A stretch of 64,000 nt of DNA from the NCBI GenBank assembly GCA_964188305.1, contig OZ076885.1. The stretch is one strand, 5' to 3'. The DNA is from Podarcis bocagei. Its lineage: Eukaryota. The translations under genes and the position numbers were made by a program. Shown here piece after piece: positions 63,541 through 64,000 of the stretch (position 1 is its first letter; each line of letters opens with the position of its first letter). A model generated the notes under the pieces. The model searched no databases. It had not been told where the DNA came from and was given only the letters and a program-made list of their open reading frames with translations.

Positions 63541-64000
63541 CCGTATTTTTCGCCCCATAAGACACACTTTTTCCCCTCCAAAAATGAAGGGGAAATCGGG
63601 GTGCGTCTTATGGGGCGAATGCCTGCAAGCCTCGCGCGCCCGGCAGGAGGTCCGACCGGGTGCGCGAGGCTTGGGGCGGCAGCCTGTCGCCCGAAGCACG
63701 GGGAGCCCTCTGGAGGGCTCCCCCTGCTTCGGGCGAGTGTCTGCAAGCCTCGCGCACCCGGCAGGAGGTCCCACCAGGTGCGCGAGGCTTGGGGCGGCAG
63801 CGGACTGCTTGCGCGCACCTAGAAGCTTGGGGCGGGCTGAGCTCAGCTGGCCCCAAGCTTCTCGGTGCGCGCAAGCAGTCCGCTGCCGCCCCAAGCCTCC
63901 CGCACCCGGCAGGAGGTCCCGCTGGGTGCGCGAGGCTTGGGGCGGCAGCGGACTGCTTGCGCGCACCTAGAAGCTTGGGGCCAGCTGAGCTCAGCCCGCC
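63541..64000. mobile_element. TcMar-Tc2-like element with GC-rich palindromic/tandem interior (runs off the window)
   Basis: ta|ccgtatttttcgccccataag...cccctccaaaaatgaaggggaaat left end shared with the 36350 element. Confidence 0.8.

Noticed and set aside
63442-63970. multiple overlapping 100-160 aa ORFs on both strands
   Set aside because: arise from GC-rich palindromic repeats within a DNA transposon

Overview
Vertebrate (squamate, most likely lacertid lizard, judged from Sauria-SINE, CR1 and MITE content) genomic DNA, not prokaryotic. The window holds three + strand genes in the order known from human 11p15.4. NRIP3 has 7 coding exons (981..25670, 244 aa, retroviral-type aspartyl-protease domain with an intact DTG). 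TMEM9B has 5 coding exons (42656..50470, 191 aa) and a CpG-island promoter with a perfect CLEAR/E-box palindrome. ASCL3 has a single coding exon (to 58700). The most notable feature is an intact, intronless, full-length 275-aa CFAP77-like ORF (4868..5695) nested on the same strand in NRIP3 intron 1, i.e. a diverged retrogene candidate with its own CRE-like upstream sites and polyA signals. Other points of interest: a complete 1.8-kb TSD-flanked, polyadenylated, ORF2-less L1-type element with a 201-aa ORF in NRIP3 intron 3; a hAT MITE carrying a compact promoter-motif cassette; Tc2-like elements with swapped GC-rich interiors, one containing a 130-bp palindrome; an inverted CR1 pair; and degenerate coding-like minus-strand segments around TMEM9B. 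Gene identities rest on recalled vertebrate protein sequences plus GT-AG and phase checks done by hand; no database searches were run.
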